Assembly (NCBI RefSeq): GCF_001194135.2
Contig: NC_068983.1
Location: 166,727,024 to 166,791,023 of the forward strand
Length of the DNA: 64,000 bases
Source of the DNA: Octopus bimaculoides
Taxonomy: Eukaryota
Direction: 5' to 3'
The position numbers were made by a program, and so were the translations under genes. The notes beneath the pieces were generated by a model. The model made no database searches, was not told where the DNA came from, and saw nothing but the letters and a program-made list of their open reading frames with translations. This document shows positions 13,114 through 25,299 of this stretch, piece after piece. Every line of letters begins with the position of its first letter. Positions within the stretch are counted from its first letter, which is position 1.

Positions 13114-14116
13114 TAATATGCATTATGCCTCAAGTTTTTATGAAAAATTGCATAACTTCATGATTTTTAAAGACTGTTGATGACTCGAATGTCTCGAGAT
13201 GGTTATACTTAAGAGTGGAGAGAAAAAAAAAACTGTTTCTCAGACCACTCGACGTGATACTTCTGGCGAATGGCCGGATCGGTTTCAATGATTTCAGTTA
13301 TCAGTAATAACATGGTTCATACCTCGGGAAGAACAACTGTTTAATGCCGTTTTTAGTTATGGAACGTAAATACAGTACGACTGAATGATTAAGAAGTTTG
13401 CTTTACAACCTCGAGGGCTCAGGGTTCGATCCCATAACATCTCGAATAAATAGTTCTCTAAAGCCTCAGGCTGACCCATTCATTGCGAGTGAATCTGGGT
13501 ATGCAGAAACCACATAGAAACCGGTCAGGTGGTGCTTGTAATTCAAAAGGAGCAACCTTGTCACTGTGTTGTTGAATTTGCATGAGAATTAGGTTAAGGA
13601 TACACATGTCTGAGTTATATTCGGCCACTTATGTGTCATTCAGGAGCAGGCAATTCGGTTGATCGAACAAATGAATCCTAATCGTCGAAACCGACGGAGA
13701 TCCACCACCGCCCTCACCACTAGTCGTGAAAGATAGCAGAACGGTGTTGCTTGTTTCTGATCGACAAATATGTTTTGTCAAAGTCGACATTTCCTCTGCT
13801 CATCCATTCAGTAGAATACTTTATCTTCTTCATCTTCTCCCTGGATATTTTATGAAAATTATGGAAACAGAAATTTCACTTGAAACATTAGGTATGTTTA
13901 AATATATTTGGAGAAGTTTAGGAATATTTGTCCCTGCCCCATGGGGGAAGGAAAAGTGCAAGACATTTGGGTTTTTTTTTTCCTCCTCATCATAATTTCT
14001 TCAGGATTTATGATCCTCAGAAAATTTGTTGTCTTTTTCCCTCACAAAAAAAACTTTCGATTTTTTAATTTCTTCTTTCCAATTCATGTTGTTTTCCATC
14101 AATTCATTTACACACA

Positions 14117-14165
<49 letters not shown>

Positions 14166-16465
14166 GCACATACATACACAGGCATGTGTATACATGTGTG
14201 TGTGTGTGAAATCTTTCTGTTGTTTATTATATTACTGGTATTTATTTATGAATTGATTTTTGGAGGGGAAATTTGAAAGATAAAACATCATTGTTGAAGA
14301 GAATTAAAAACCAAATGAACTTTCATTTCATTTCATACATTTAAATATCAAGAATAAAAAGTTTTCAATGGGACAACAATAATACAAACAATGGACCTAT
14401 ATATATATACCTGGTTGTAACTTAGTCATTTAGTCTGATATGATATTTCGGAATAAAATTCTTTCTTTAGATATTCTTAGATGGAGTCGATGCTATAAAT
14501 CGGTTTTCCAACGTCTTTTTATATCAATTTTAATTTCAGTATCGATAACATCCAACTTCTTGGTTACCAATGGATTAAGAATCGTCTTCAGTTATTAATT
14601 AATTGAAGAATAAGTATTGAAAAAGGAAATTATAGAATCCTTTATAAATGATTAGTTTGGAAATGATGCGACAGAAGAACCTCCCAGATTTACGATCGTT
14701 AGTTATGTATAAAAAAAAAAAATTTAATCAAAGGTATAACTACAGATTGATGCCTCACCGACTTTGTTTCTTCATGATTTTCTGAAAAATGCATATTTAT
14801 AAATGAAATTACACATAGATTCGTTTTCGAGGATTACTTTTTAAGGCGTTTCAAAACATTTCTCGCCCTCTCTCTTTAAAATGCATATTTTTTAATGACA
14901 TTTTTCAGAGGTATGTTTTCTAGAATCTGGATTACATAATGTTGAGGTTTCAAACATATAAATCTGAAATCATGAAGTGAAAAATGCTAAAGTTACACAA
15001 AGTCGGGGCGGAGATAACGATCCGAAAATCCCCATCAAAAAATATTTTTTCCTAAATTATATTGACATCATTGTAATCTACACCATCGAAAGCGTACCTT
15101 TGAAAAAATTCACTAAAATATATGTATTTTTCCGAATTTTATGAGGGCACAAAGTTGTGATGGGGCACCAAACTGCAGTTAGGCCTAGCAACGTCCTGTC
15201 GTCTGGCGAGGGAAAATATTCCCCAGTCGTTTCTGTGTTGCTCCAACTGGAATTTATGTCTATTAATCTTTCCTTATTTTGCATCGGGAATTTAATTTAT
15301 GTTTTGATTACGAGAGAAAAATCTTTAAAGTTTATGCCTGCTTACGATCTCGGCGGAGTTATGAGTTCAAATTTTGCCGAGGTCCATTTTGACCTTCGGG
15401 GCCGATAAAAATGCACACTGGGGTCGATGTAATCGACTAACCCCCCTCCCCAAATTTTAGACCTTGTACCTATAGTAGAAAGGATCATTATTATTATTAT
15501 AAAGGCAGCGATCTGACATAATCGTTAGCATGCCGGATAAAATGCTGAATGTTATTTCGTCCGTCTTTACGTTCAAAGTCGACTCCAGCGGAGGTCGACA
15601 TTACTTTTAATCCTTTCGGATTCGATAAACTAAGTACCAGTGAAACACTGGGGTCGATTAGTCCCCTCTCCCTAAATTTCAGGCTTTGTGCCCATAGTAG
15701 AAAGAATTATTATTTTTATTATTATAAATTCCCATTTAATGAGAAAGCTCCTTTATTTTTATTTTCAATTGGTCAATCAACTCAGTAACGACTCCTGGTG
15801 ATTCTTTAAATGTCTCTCTGTACATGATTTCCTGGGGGGAAATATACTGCAAAGATTCACTGGAAAGGACACAGGATAAAACAGTCCTAGAAACTCAGTG
15901 TAGGGAAAAAATTAAAAAAGATGGGATGGTCACATTTGAAGCATCATTGATTATAATTGTGATTAAACAATAACAACGACTTTGTGAATGGAAGATAAAA
16001 AATAGAATTTTACTTCTAAATTCCGCTTCATTAATCTTTGTCCGTTCTCTCTCTTACTTCTAATTTTCCTCAGATATGGGGTCAATTTTAGGCCCCATAG
16101 CCTTGCAAGTTATGAGGTGATCATAATCATCAAAAGTGCTGGTGCCTCCAAAAAGAAGCACTCAATACACTTTGCAAAGCGGTGGGTTTTAAGAAGGGTT
16201 TCCAGCCATAGAAATGATGCCAAAGAACACATTTGCTCTGTGTGACATAATGCAGGGAAGTTTCCTCTGATGATCTGTTATGGTTCAGCATCCATTTGCA
16301 CCTGAAACATCCAGAGCAGAGGTTGCAAATTACCACAATGGGGAAACATATGTAGGGAACAAATGATAGAAATTTGTGTTTATCATAATTTCTCTCTCTT
16401 TCCATATATTTATTTTATATTATTATTATTATTTATCAAAAATTGTTTTTCCTGATTCTTTCAAG

Positions 16466-16690
16466 AGCAACAATACATCCTTAAAATCAAACTTGCCATT
16501 GCTTTCGCTATATTGAGAAACAAACCTAAGGAGATTCCAACCCGCCAATATGTTGAGGGCCTCATGTCTGACTACCAAAAACAGATTTCTGATTTGCCAG
16601 ATGATTCTTACAATACTAACCGAAACCAATTAATCAGCTGCCAACAGCAATTAATTAATCAGCTGGAATCCAGTAATTTAATATTTCAGG
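16466..16690 (+). CDS. MEI4: MEI4-like exon, conserved N-terminal helices (EQQYILKIKLAIAFAILRNKPKEIPTRQYVEGL...)
   Basis: Acceptor ttctttcaag with an in-frame TGA just upstream, donor G|gtaaga. KLAIAFAILRNKP..IPTRQYVEGL resembles mammalian MEI4 KLALALAIIRSKP...SSREYTEHL (recalled sequence). Confidence 0.8.
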
Positions 16691-16783
16691 GTAAGAACAT
16701 TAAAAAATTTTTTTTTATTTCCTCAATGTATAATTATTAGCAGCAAAAACAGCTAATAATTATACAGTGTAATTTAAACAACG

Positions 16784-16831
<48 letters not shown>

Positions 16832-16832
<1 letters not shown>

Positions 16833-16987
16833 TGTTGTGTCTGGGGAGTCATTCTCTTTTTATGTGCCTTATTTAAGACGTTCACCAGTAAAATTTCCAC
16901 TTATTTTCTTCTTTAGTGGAAATTTTACCAGTGAGTGTGTTAAATTATAAGGCACTAAAAGAGAATGACTCTTCCTAGACACAACAG
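16832..16987. mobile_element. Deletion derivative of the 11228-11505 MITE inserted next to a (TA)n tract
   Basis: Same terminal inverted repeats (ctgttgtgtct...agacacaacag) with the centre removed. Confidence 0.8.
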
Positions 16988-17224
16988 AATATGCTTCAAC
17001 ACACGAACTCACATAAAGAATTTTGCAAACCAGATCCATAAACGAAATATATATATCATCATCAACATCGTTTAACGTCCACCTTCCATGCTAGCATGGG
17101 TGGGACGGTTTCACAAGAGCCAGCCAGGCCGAAGCCTGCACCAGACTTCTGTAACTGTTTTGGCAGGATTTTTACAGCTGGATGCCCTTCCTAACACCAA
17201 CCACTCAGGCTGTTATTTATTGGC

Positions 17225-17660
17225 CTAGGAAGAATGGAGGAATTTCAACCATGTTTCGTGGTCTGCTACCACAACAGCTCCTTTATAGGATCCAGTTAGC
17301 TCAAGACATCATCAGGAGGAACCACGTCCGGTTTCGGCCCCTACTCCTCTACCGTTTTGACGTAGCGGGGCCACCCCCTTTCGGAGGTGTCTTCAGCTCT
17401 GGTGTTGGGTGCATGTCTTCTTTCTTCTGTTCCCTGGCCTCTTCGATGCAGCATCAACGAGTGTCAGCGTCGGACTGATTGTCATGTCAAATTCCCCTTT
17501 TTTATACCTGCTGCTAGGCTCCAGCAGGCTGCCCCAGCAAGTTGTCACATGACACTGTCTAAACTTCCCGCTGCTAGGCTCCAGCAAGTAGTCCCAGCAA
17601 ATTGTCACGTGACACTGTCTAAACTTTAACTGACAATGGAGGGCGCGTAATCTTAGCCCA
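17225..17660 (-). mobile_element. GC-rich LTR/pseudo-LTR-like retroelement fragment (Penelope-like?)
   Basis: On the minus strand: two 60-bp tandem repeats, TATAAAAA (17506-17499), then structured sequence with two CTGANGA...GAAAC motifs. Confidence 0.5.
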
Positions 17661-17664
17661 CGCA

Positions 17665-18015
17665 TGCTCTTGGCTCAGTGGTTAGAGTGTCCGGTTCACA
17701 ATCATGAGGTAATTAGTTCAATTCCTGGACTGAGCTGTGTGAAGCGTTCTTGAGCAAGACACTTCATTTCATGTTGCTGCAGTTCACTCAGCTGTAGAAA
17801 TGAGTTGCAATGTCACTGGTGCCAGGTTGTATTGGCCTTTGCCCATTCCCTTGGATAATATCAGTGGCATGGAGAGGGGAGGCTGGTGTTCATGGGCGAC
17901 TGCTGGTCTTCCATAAAACAACCTTTCCTGGACTTGTGCCTTGGAGGGAAACTTTCTAGGTACAATCCCATGGTCATTCACGATTGAAGTGGGGGGGGGG
18001 CTTTTTTTAACCCTC
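17665..18015 (+). mobile_element. tRNA-derived SINE
   Basis: Head tggctcagtggttagagtgtccggttcacaatcatgaggtaattagttcaattcc (A and B boxes). Body matches the reverse-complement copy at about 19420-19760. Confidence 0.75.
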
Positions 18016-19039
18016 TTTACTCTAGTACAACACTCACTTGTAGACTCACTGTGCATTTACAACAAGAAGCAATTGTGAAACACAATACCACACACCAAAT
18101 TTGGATAGAAAAATACTAATAGACAACACTTACATACCATATGAAATTCCTCACAAGAATAAATAATCAATCATGGATGCAATACTAATTGTGCAACACA
18201 AGGATAAGATTAACACACAAACAACACACATCAAAAAAATTACCTCATGATTACTGATGTGGACGCCTAACAGGAAACTTCAGGCAGTAAAGCATACATA
18301 AATTTAACTGGAAAATGACGAATTGTCCATGTGACTGCTGACACAGAAGACCAATGATGAAAAAAATGTTTGGTGGTAAAGTCTCATAAATTTGACTACC
18401 ATAAAAGGAAAAATATGGGAATCAAATCTATTGATTATGGATCAAGGAAGTTTATTGTAAAGTGCAAAAAATTATACAGAAACAGGAAAAATCTTTAATT
18501 AAAACATTAAACTGGAATATAATCATGTTTTATGTGTGTGCATTGGTAGAAACAATAGACAACCAGGCTAAGAGTTTATAATTTAGCTTTTTGCTAAGAT
18601 ATTTGGCTTCTACTGTCCAGGTGAGCTCTTGAGTAGTAGTGGGGTTGGGTGGATACTCTGAACATGTACGAGCCATAATTAAGAACATATTGGAAGCTTT
18701 GACCCTTACTGTTGACAATATTGAATGATGCTTGTATACAAACTGCAATGCTATGGAGTACTGAGACAGAAACCTTAAATGCAGAGGAGTTTATAAAGAC
18801 TAAGAAAGAAACTCTGCTGGATGTTTAGTGTACAAGAATGACATGATGCAAATGGAGAGAGAGAGAGAGAGAGAAAGTGGGTACTGGAAGGATAAGATCC
18901 ATTGTGCAAGAGAGGCAATTGTTGAGTGTCTGGAGGATGGGAGCTGCACAACAAGGTTCTGGGCAACCAAATTAAATGAAACTTGGAGAAGAAGGAGACC
19001 AAGAAAGACTTGCAATAAAATAATCTGAGGATGTTATAT

Positions 19040-19415
19040 ATAGGTGCAGGAATGGCTTGCTTACCAACCACATGGTTACGGGTTCAGTCCCACTGCTGTG
19101 GCACATTGGGCAAGTGTCTTTTACTATAGCCTTGGGCCGACCAAAGCCTTGTGAGTGGATTTGGTAGACAGAAACTGAAAGAAGCTCATCATGTATGTAT
19201 ATATATATATGTATGTGTGTGTTTGACCCCCCCCCCCTCAACATTGCTTGACAACCGATGCTGGTGTGTTTACATCCCCGTAACTTAATGGTTTGGCAAA
19301 CGAGACTGATAGAATAAGTACTAGGCTTACAAAGAATAAGTCCTGGGGGTTGATTTGTTTGACTAAAGGCAGTGCTCCAGCATGGACGCAGTCAAATGAC
19401 TGAAACAAGTAAAAG
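19040..19415 (+). mobile_element. Abundant tRNA-derived SINE with internal (TA)n(TG)n tract
   Basis: Core ccttgtgagtggatttggtagacagaaactgaaagaagc recurs at 24200, 33650, 36170, 43070, 46510 and 53050. Confidence 0.85.
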
Positions 19416-20279
19416 AGTAAGAATATATAATGAAGAAGATGAATGGTCGTGAATGACCATGGGATTGCACTTAGAAAGTTCCCTTCTAAGGCACAAGTCC
19501 AGGCAAGGTTGTTTGTGGAAGACCAGTAGGTGTCCATGCGTACCAGTCTCCTCTTTCCACATCACTGATTTTGTCCAAACGAATGGCAAAGGCTGATACA
19601 ACTTGGCACCAACGATGTCACAACTCATTTCTACAACTGAATGAATTAGACCAACATGAAATAAAGTGTTTTGCTCAAGAACACAACACACAGCCTGGTC
19701 TGGGAATCAAACGTCACAATTGTAAGCCTGATGTTCTAACCACTGAGCCATGCACTTTCACTGGAGATAACAAAGTGATGTGTTATTTGTTGATATGTGG
19801 TGGAGAACAGCCAGTCACCTGTGTAAGCTTGGAGAAACAATAATGATATGGGGGCAGTGGTGGATGCCTTGCAAACTATGAGGTATCACCACTAGGGCTG
19901 GTGATATGAAACCAGCACCCACTGTACTGTGTAAAGTGGTTGGTGTTAGGAAATCATACCAAAGCAGACAATGGAGCATGATGCAGTCCTCCTTCCTGTT
20001 CGATCCTGTCAAAACCATGGAAACTGAGTGTTAAGTAAGGATGATGGTGATGATGATATCTATGGTATTATTCATACCACACATCTGTACACGCACATAC
20101 AGATAGCATACATACAAATGCATTCATACATTTGTGAGTGACGACACATACATACACCCGCACCATAAATAACGTCTGCATAGGAATGACAACCATGCAC
20201 ATTGCAGTGTGTGCATCCACATGCACTGATTCACAAATGCCATATGTATTCACACATTCATTTCTTTTTTCTCTTTCAG

Positions 20280-20674
20280 ATGCAGAATCTAGTAATATTT
20301 TAACACCTCCACCTTCTGGAAAACGTCTGACTAATCAGCTAGATTCATTAGATCGTATGCTGACGAACCATACCTGTTTCCTGCAGAGTTCATTTAATTT
20401 AAGAAGTGTTTCACATCTTCTCCAAGACCAACACAAGATCACCAAAGTTATTGAACACACAGTGATTGATAGTACGAAGATCATTTATAGTTTCCTCTTA
20501 ACAGATATACATAAAATCACATTACCTTGTGTTGGTTCCACTTTAAAAGCTTCAATGAAAATTTGCGATTTGGCCCCTCACAATTCAAATCTTAGAAACA
20601 GTTTTAAAACTTTCACTGCTGACTTCCAGAATGCAGTCATCAAAAAAGTGATATTAAATGACAAAATTACTCAG
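20280..20674 (+). CDS. MEI4: MEI4-like middle exon (...LTNHTCFLQSSFNLRSV...FQNAVIKKVILNDKITQ)
   Basis: Inside ORF 20138-20683. Strong acceptor tttttctctttcag, donor CAG|gtactt. Phases fit both flanking exons. Resembles MEI4 LSSHMQFLQYLLEL and FEKTLLHAILGNNHINQ. Confidence 0.78.
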
Positions 20675-20759
20675 GTACTTTGAATATCTTTTGATTTTGT
20701 TTTTCTTCCTGTAATATTTTCAGTATTACTTTGTTACTTTTATTATTTATATCTGAGGG

Positions 20760-21165
20760 AGTGGCGGCACATGGCCTAATGGTTAGAGCAGCAGACTCGC
20801 AGTCGAGGGATTGCGGGTTCGAATCCCAGACCGAATGATGTATGTATTTATGAATGAAACACCTAAGCTCCATGCAGCTGTGGCAGAAGGTAATGGCGAA
20901 CCTCTGCTGAACTCGTTTGCCACAACTTTCTCTCACTCTTTCCTCCTGCATCTAGCAGCTCACCTGCGACAGACCAGTGTCCCATCCAGGTGGGAAACCT
21001 ATACACCAATGAAACCAGCCCTTATGAGCCAGGCATGGCTCGAGAAGGGCAGGGAATTGGCAGAGTTATTCTGTTTTGCTCAAGAACACAATGCATTGCC
21101 TGGTCCAGGAATCGAAACCACAATCTTATGATCATGAGTCCAACACCCTAACCACTAAGCCACAG
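20760..21165 (+). mobile_element. tRNA-derived SINE in the last MEI4-like intron
   Basis: tRNA-like head ggcggcacatggcctaatggttagagcagcagactcgcagtcgagggattgcgggttcgaatccc followed by a non-tRNA body. It has no acceptor stem, so it is not a tRNA gene. Confidence 0.8.
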
Positions 21166-21274
21166 ATATAAGACATATTACTTATTAAATAAATATCTAT
21201 GTCATATTCATTAAATGTTTATGTGTTATTTACCAACTGTATGTTTTTTTTTTCTTTTAATTTTTGTTTTGTAG

Positions 21275-21685
21275 CTTAAAAAGAGAGACTACATCAAGTT
21301 GTTGAGTGAATTTATGCATTGCCATGAAAGCAAAGAACTACTTCTAACCACTTTATATAACTATGCCAGCAAATTCTTCAACTACATTAAAAAACTTTCT
21401 TTGAATATGAGAAACCTTGAGGATCCAGTCTTCTTTGAAAACAATTATTTTATTCTTTGTTGTCTTGCTGAATGTCTTGCTGAGCTGATCAGTGAACATA
21501 ACTTGATGCCATCACAGAACTTCATCACCGATTTGACCAATTCCATAGAGAACTGTTTCTCTCTAATAGAAGACACATTCCCATTGATTGCTCATGCCTT
21601 GTGGCAAATTATGGTGATCATTCATAATATTCCTCCTCCGAACAAAAATGGTAAAAATTCCAATTTAATTCTAAAGCACATTTGA
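21275..21685 (+). CDS. MEI4: MEI4-like terminal exon (...FFENNYFILCCL...IEDTFPLIAHALWQI...KHI*)
   Basis: Acceptor tttgttttgtag, in frame with ORF 21299-21685. ENxxYL and DxFPLxxxxLW resemble the MEI4 C-terminal motifs YENIFYLFWVL and DAFPLFTFYLW. Confidence 0.8.
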   Translation, partial: LKKRDYIKLLSEFMHCHESKELLLTTLYNYASKFFNYIKKLSLNMRNLEDPVFFENNYFILCCLAECLAELISEHNLMPSQNFITDLTNSIENCFSLIEDTFPLIAHALWQIMVIIHNIPPPNKNGKNSNLILKHI

Positions 21686-21906
21686 AGACAGAGCACTTTG
21701 GTACTGTTAATTTATCAGTCATATGTCTTTATGGATAATGATTAATGAGACAGGGATATGCTGAAATTGTTAATTCTCTGTTTTAGATATAGGTATTTAA
21801 TATTGCTACGTTCAGTGTAATGTTTATGATTCAATCACTAAAGAAGAAGAATATCAAGAGAAGAGTGTTGCTTGCTAATACTACATCACTTAGGGATGAC
21901 TGAGTT

Positions 21907-21930
21907 AATAAAAGAGTTTAAATGAATAAA
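21907..21930 (+). terminator. Candidate AATAAA signals for the MEI4-like gene
   Basis: Two aataaa hexamers (21907, 21925) about 220-245 nt after the stop codon. Confidence 0.35.
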
Positions 21931-22556
21931 GTGAAGAACAACAGGAGGGATGATTCATGGAAATCATTTTGTAACCTTACAAACACAGTATGAATATCAT
22001 AACAATAATAATCCTTTCTACTATAGGCACAAGGCTTGAAATTTTGGTGGGAGGGAGCCAGTTGATTAGATCAACCCCAGTATCTGTCAGGGAACTGACA
22101 GATTCATTTGAATGGCAGTCAAAATGGTTTGTGACATGTCATCCAGAGATTTACGTTCTGAGTTTAAATGCCAACAGCTTCAACGAAATAAGTAGCACTT
22201 GAAGCCTGGGATCATTCTAATCAACAGAGTCCTCCCCTAAAATTGCTGGCTTTGTGCCAAAATTCGAAACTACTACTATTATTATTATTAAGGCAACAAG
22301 CTGGCCGACTCGTTTGCACGCCGGCGAAATGCTTGGCAGTATTTCGTCTGCCACTAGATTCTGAGTTCAAATTCCATGGATGTCAACTTTGCCTTACATC
22401 CTTTTGGGGCTGATAAATTAAGTACCAGTTACGCACTGGGGTTGATGTAATTGACTAACCTTTTCCCTTAAAATTTCAGGCCTTGTGGCCATAGTAGAAA
22501 GGATTATTACATTAATAAAAATACATTACAGACAAAATCTGGCAAAAATAAAATCT

Positions 22557-22562
22557 TTTATT
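22557..22562 (-). terminator. Candidate AATAAA polyadenylation signal of CPT2
   Basis: tttatt on the plus strand about 200 nt downstream of the CPT2 stop. The region is AT-rich, so a chance match is possible. Confidence 0.4.
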
Positions 22563-22764
22563 AATTTTGTTATTGTTTCATCTTTGGAAATAAATTGAAG
22601 ATAATCTCTTCGTTGATAGTAATTCATTGGATTATCCTGCACAATGATTGGCATCCCTGATGGAATTACTGGCATTTTTAATGATTGTTTTTTTTTTTTC
22701 CTTGTAAAAAACGACAGCTGTATCGAGACTGTAATTGAATAGTTCTTCCTTAATTAAGACAACA

Positions 22765-22904
22765 TTAATGAGGTTTCTTTCCTTCCAGTATACCATATAT
22801 TGCATTAAGGCTTTCTTCTAACGCTACGACGAAATCACTTCCGTTTCTGTGTGGATTATAAGAAGTGACAACATAACCAGTTGCCTCGTCTCCAATTTGG
22901 TAAC
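22765..22904 (-). CDS. CPT2: CPT2 terminal coding exon (YQIGDEATGYVVTSYNPHRNGSDFVVALEESLNAIYGILEGKKPH*)
   Basis: Acceptor gtctttgtaaag, stop TAA at 22767-22765. Resembles the vertebrate C-terminus GYAVHDNWIGCNVSSY...LEDMFDALEGKSIKS. The 13 exons total 1891 nt (1 nt + 629 codons + stop) and all phases are consistent. Confidence 0.93.
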
Positions 22905-23134
22905 CTTTACAAAGACAAAAAAGGAAAATGGTATCAAATGAAACATTATATCTGTCTCAAAGAATATATCATCCTAAGACACTTGTCCAAGGTGCCATGC
23001 AGGGAGACAGAACCTGAAACCAAGTGGTTGGGAAATGAACTTCTTAACCACACACAAACACTGCTGCACTTCTCAAATAAATGACAGACAGCATCAATAC
23101 TATTAGTGAGAAGAAAAAGCAGGAGATTACCTAC

Positions 23135-23326
23135 CAATTCCAAAGCCATTAGGCACCACTGGACCAAAACCACCAAACTGTATCATGGGGCTGGATAGTG
23201 TGGACGTCGAAAGGATGATGTGGTTGATATGTTTATAATTTGGGTCCGTGAATAGAGCTGGCATTTGACTGCTTGCCTTTTCAGCCAGAGTCCTCATTCC
23301 AAATAAATGTCTGTCAAATCCTTTCC
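23135..23326 (-). CDS. CPT2: CPT2 coding exon (GKGFDRHLFGMR...ILSTSTLSS...GGFGPVVPNGFGIG)
   Basis: Inside ORF 23127-23357. GFDRHL and carnitine-binding STS motif. Acceptor ttttgttgcag, donor G|gtaggt. Confidence 0.97.
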
Positions 23327-23567
23327 CTGCAACAAAACAAGTGAAAATGTATGACACAGTCTCTCCATCATCATTTAACGTCTGTCTTTGATGCTGGCAC
23401 AGGTGGTACGGTTCAACACAGGACGTACTTTGTCACAGCTGCACAAGTGGTGTCATAAGGGAGACATACATACATGCATGCACACACACACACACAGAGG
23501 ACTAAAAGACAGTTTCAGTCATTGAATCTTCCAAAAACAATAGAAAACCAAAACAGGGCATCCTTAC

Positions 23568-23799
23568 CCATTGCTGCAGATTTTGTGAGGTTCATATGGA
23601 CTTTACTACATTCACCCAGAACTGCTTGCATTTCTGCAACAGTTGCAGTCGATTTAGGTCCAAAGATCATTTCACAAGCTTTCTTAGTGGCTAAGGTGTT
23701 TGGCCGAATCGTCTCTGTCCGTCCATGTTTAAAAGCTGCGGTGCTGCACGATTCATAAGACGCAGCAAATTCACCGTACGTCATTTTGTAGAAAGCCAT
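23568..23799 (-). CDS. CPT2: CPT2 coding exon (MAFYKMTYGEFAASYESCSTAAFKHGRTETIRP...AAM)
   Basis: Inside ORF 23515-23823. YESCSTAAFKHGRTETIRP is a CPT2 hallmark. Acceptor ctcttcaag, donor G|gtaagg. Confidence 0.97.
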
Positions 23800-24006
23800 C
23801 TTGAAGAGATGAAAATATAACAATACAAAAAAAAGTTAGGAATAAAGACAATGTATTGAATGAGAAGAACATGTGTGAACGAATGAGTGCATGGTTGAGA
23901 AGCTGATTAGGCTTTGTGCCGTTAGTAGAAAGGATTATTATTATTATTATTATTATTAAATATTTTTATTTTCCATCAGTAAAACTTTGAAACAAAATAG
24001 TCTCAC

Positions 24007-24176
24007 CTGAATCACCAACTGCATCACTGAATCAGGGCTCAAATTCTTTGATTTTATGAAACTTTTGTTAAACTTTTTATAATCAATGTAATTCTTCTGT
24101 AAACGTCCACTGGCCTCTTGGAACTGTTCTTTGGCATTTGTAATGCTGGCTTTGAGTTTGGCATCCAATTGGAAAT
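24007..24176 (-). CDS. CPT2: CPT2 coding exon (DFQLDAKLKASITNAKEQF...SPDSVMQLVIQ)
   Basis: Inside ORF 23956-24312. K..IK...LSPD..MQL..Q motif. Acceptor gcttag, donor CAG|gtgaga. Confidence 0.95.
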
Positions 24177-25299
24177 CTAAGCAAAGGAACAGAAAAAGCC
24201 TTGTGAGTGGATTTGGTAGACAAAAATTGAAAGAAGCCTGTTGTGTGTGTCTTTGTACTTGTGTTTGATCCCCACCCCCTTGACAAACAGTGTTGATGAG
24301 TTTATGCCCCAAAACTTAGCAGTTTGGCAAAAGAGACTGATAGAATAAGTACCAGGCTTAAAAAAATAGATAAGTTCTGAGGTTGATTCATTTGACTAAA
24401 CTTCTACAAGGTGATGCCCCAGCATGGCCACAGTCTAATGACTGAAAAAAAGTAAAAGAATAACACCATTATTCATTAACTGTTTTGGTGGGGGTGGGGG
24501 GAGTGTTTTGATTTATTGACGAGACAAGGATTCCATACCAATTAGGAAAGCAGTAATCATTGTCATCATCATGGATTTAATGTTTACTTTTCTTTGCTTA
24601 CAGAGATCAGATGGAGTTTATTGTGAAAGGAGGTTCATTTAGAACCATCATGAGATGTCAAGACAAAGACACACATGTGGGCTTCTTTCAGTTTCCAGTT
24701 CCCAAATCCATTCGCAAAGCTTTACAGACCCCAGGGTTATAATAGAAGACATTTGCTCAAAACTGAACCTGAGACTACATGGTTGGGAAGCAAGCCTCTT
24801 AACCCCACAGCCATGCCCGTGCCTCAACTCAATCTACAGGGGGAAGACATGGACTCTGTTGCCAAGGCAACCTGTTTAGGGGTTCTTTTTTGGTTTCAGT
24901 CCTGAAAGAGAACATCTCCAATGTTGGAAGCAGGACAAAATGTATTCAAAGCAAAGTTGTAAACTGGTTGATGATAGGAAGGCAAACCCTAACTGCATAT
25001 ACAGGGCTGACACTTACCATGTTGATGCAGTGCACAGGGAAGGGGTTCAGTTGGAAATATCTGGCTTTATATAAGAAAACCCCATCAAATGGTCACACAA
25101 ACACTTTTCTTTTCGTTTGTAGAAAACAGACAACTGACCACCACCGAAGAATGTCTTCTTGTCAAGTAACAAAACTTTAGACATGATCAACAGCATTCCT
25201 GTCTTAACCATTCATTCAAGGTTTATGACATGTACAGTGTATCTAGGTGTACATCATGCAATTAGTCCTGTCTGTTTTCTTTAGTAAAATGTCATTATC

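Noticed and set aside
13285-13312. Minus-strand CUGAUAA...GAAACCGAUC and nearby GAAACCGGUC (13515)
   Set aside because: Too degenerate, with no convincing stem II or no CUGANGA partner, to call a hammerhead.
20760-20835. tRNA-like sequence (also 7840, 17665, 55890-55960)
   Set aside because: A/B boxes are present but there is no acceptor stem, and the sequence continues into repeat bodies. These are SINE heads, not tRNA genes.
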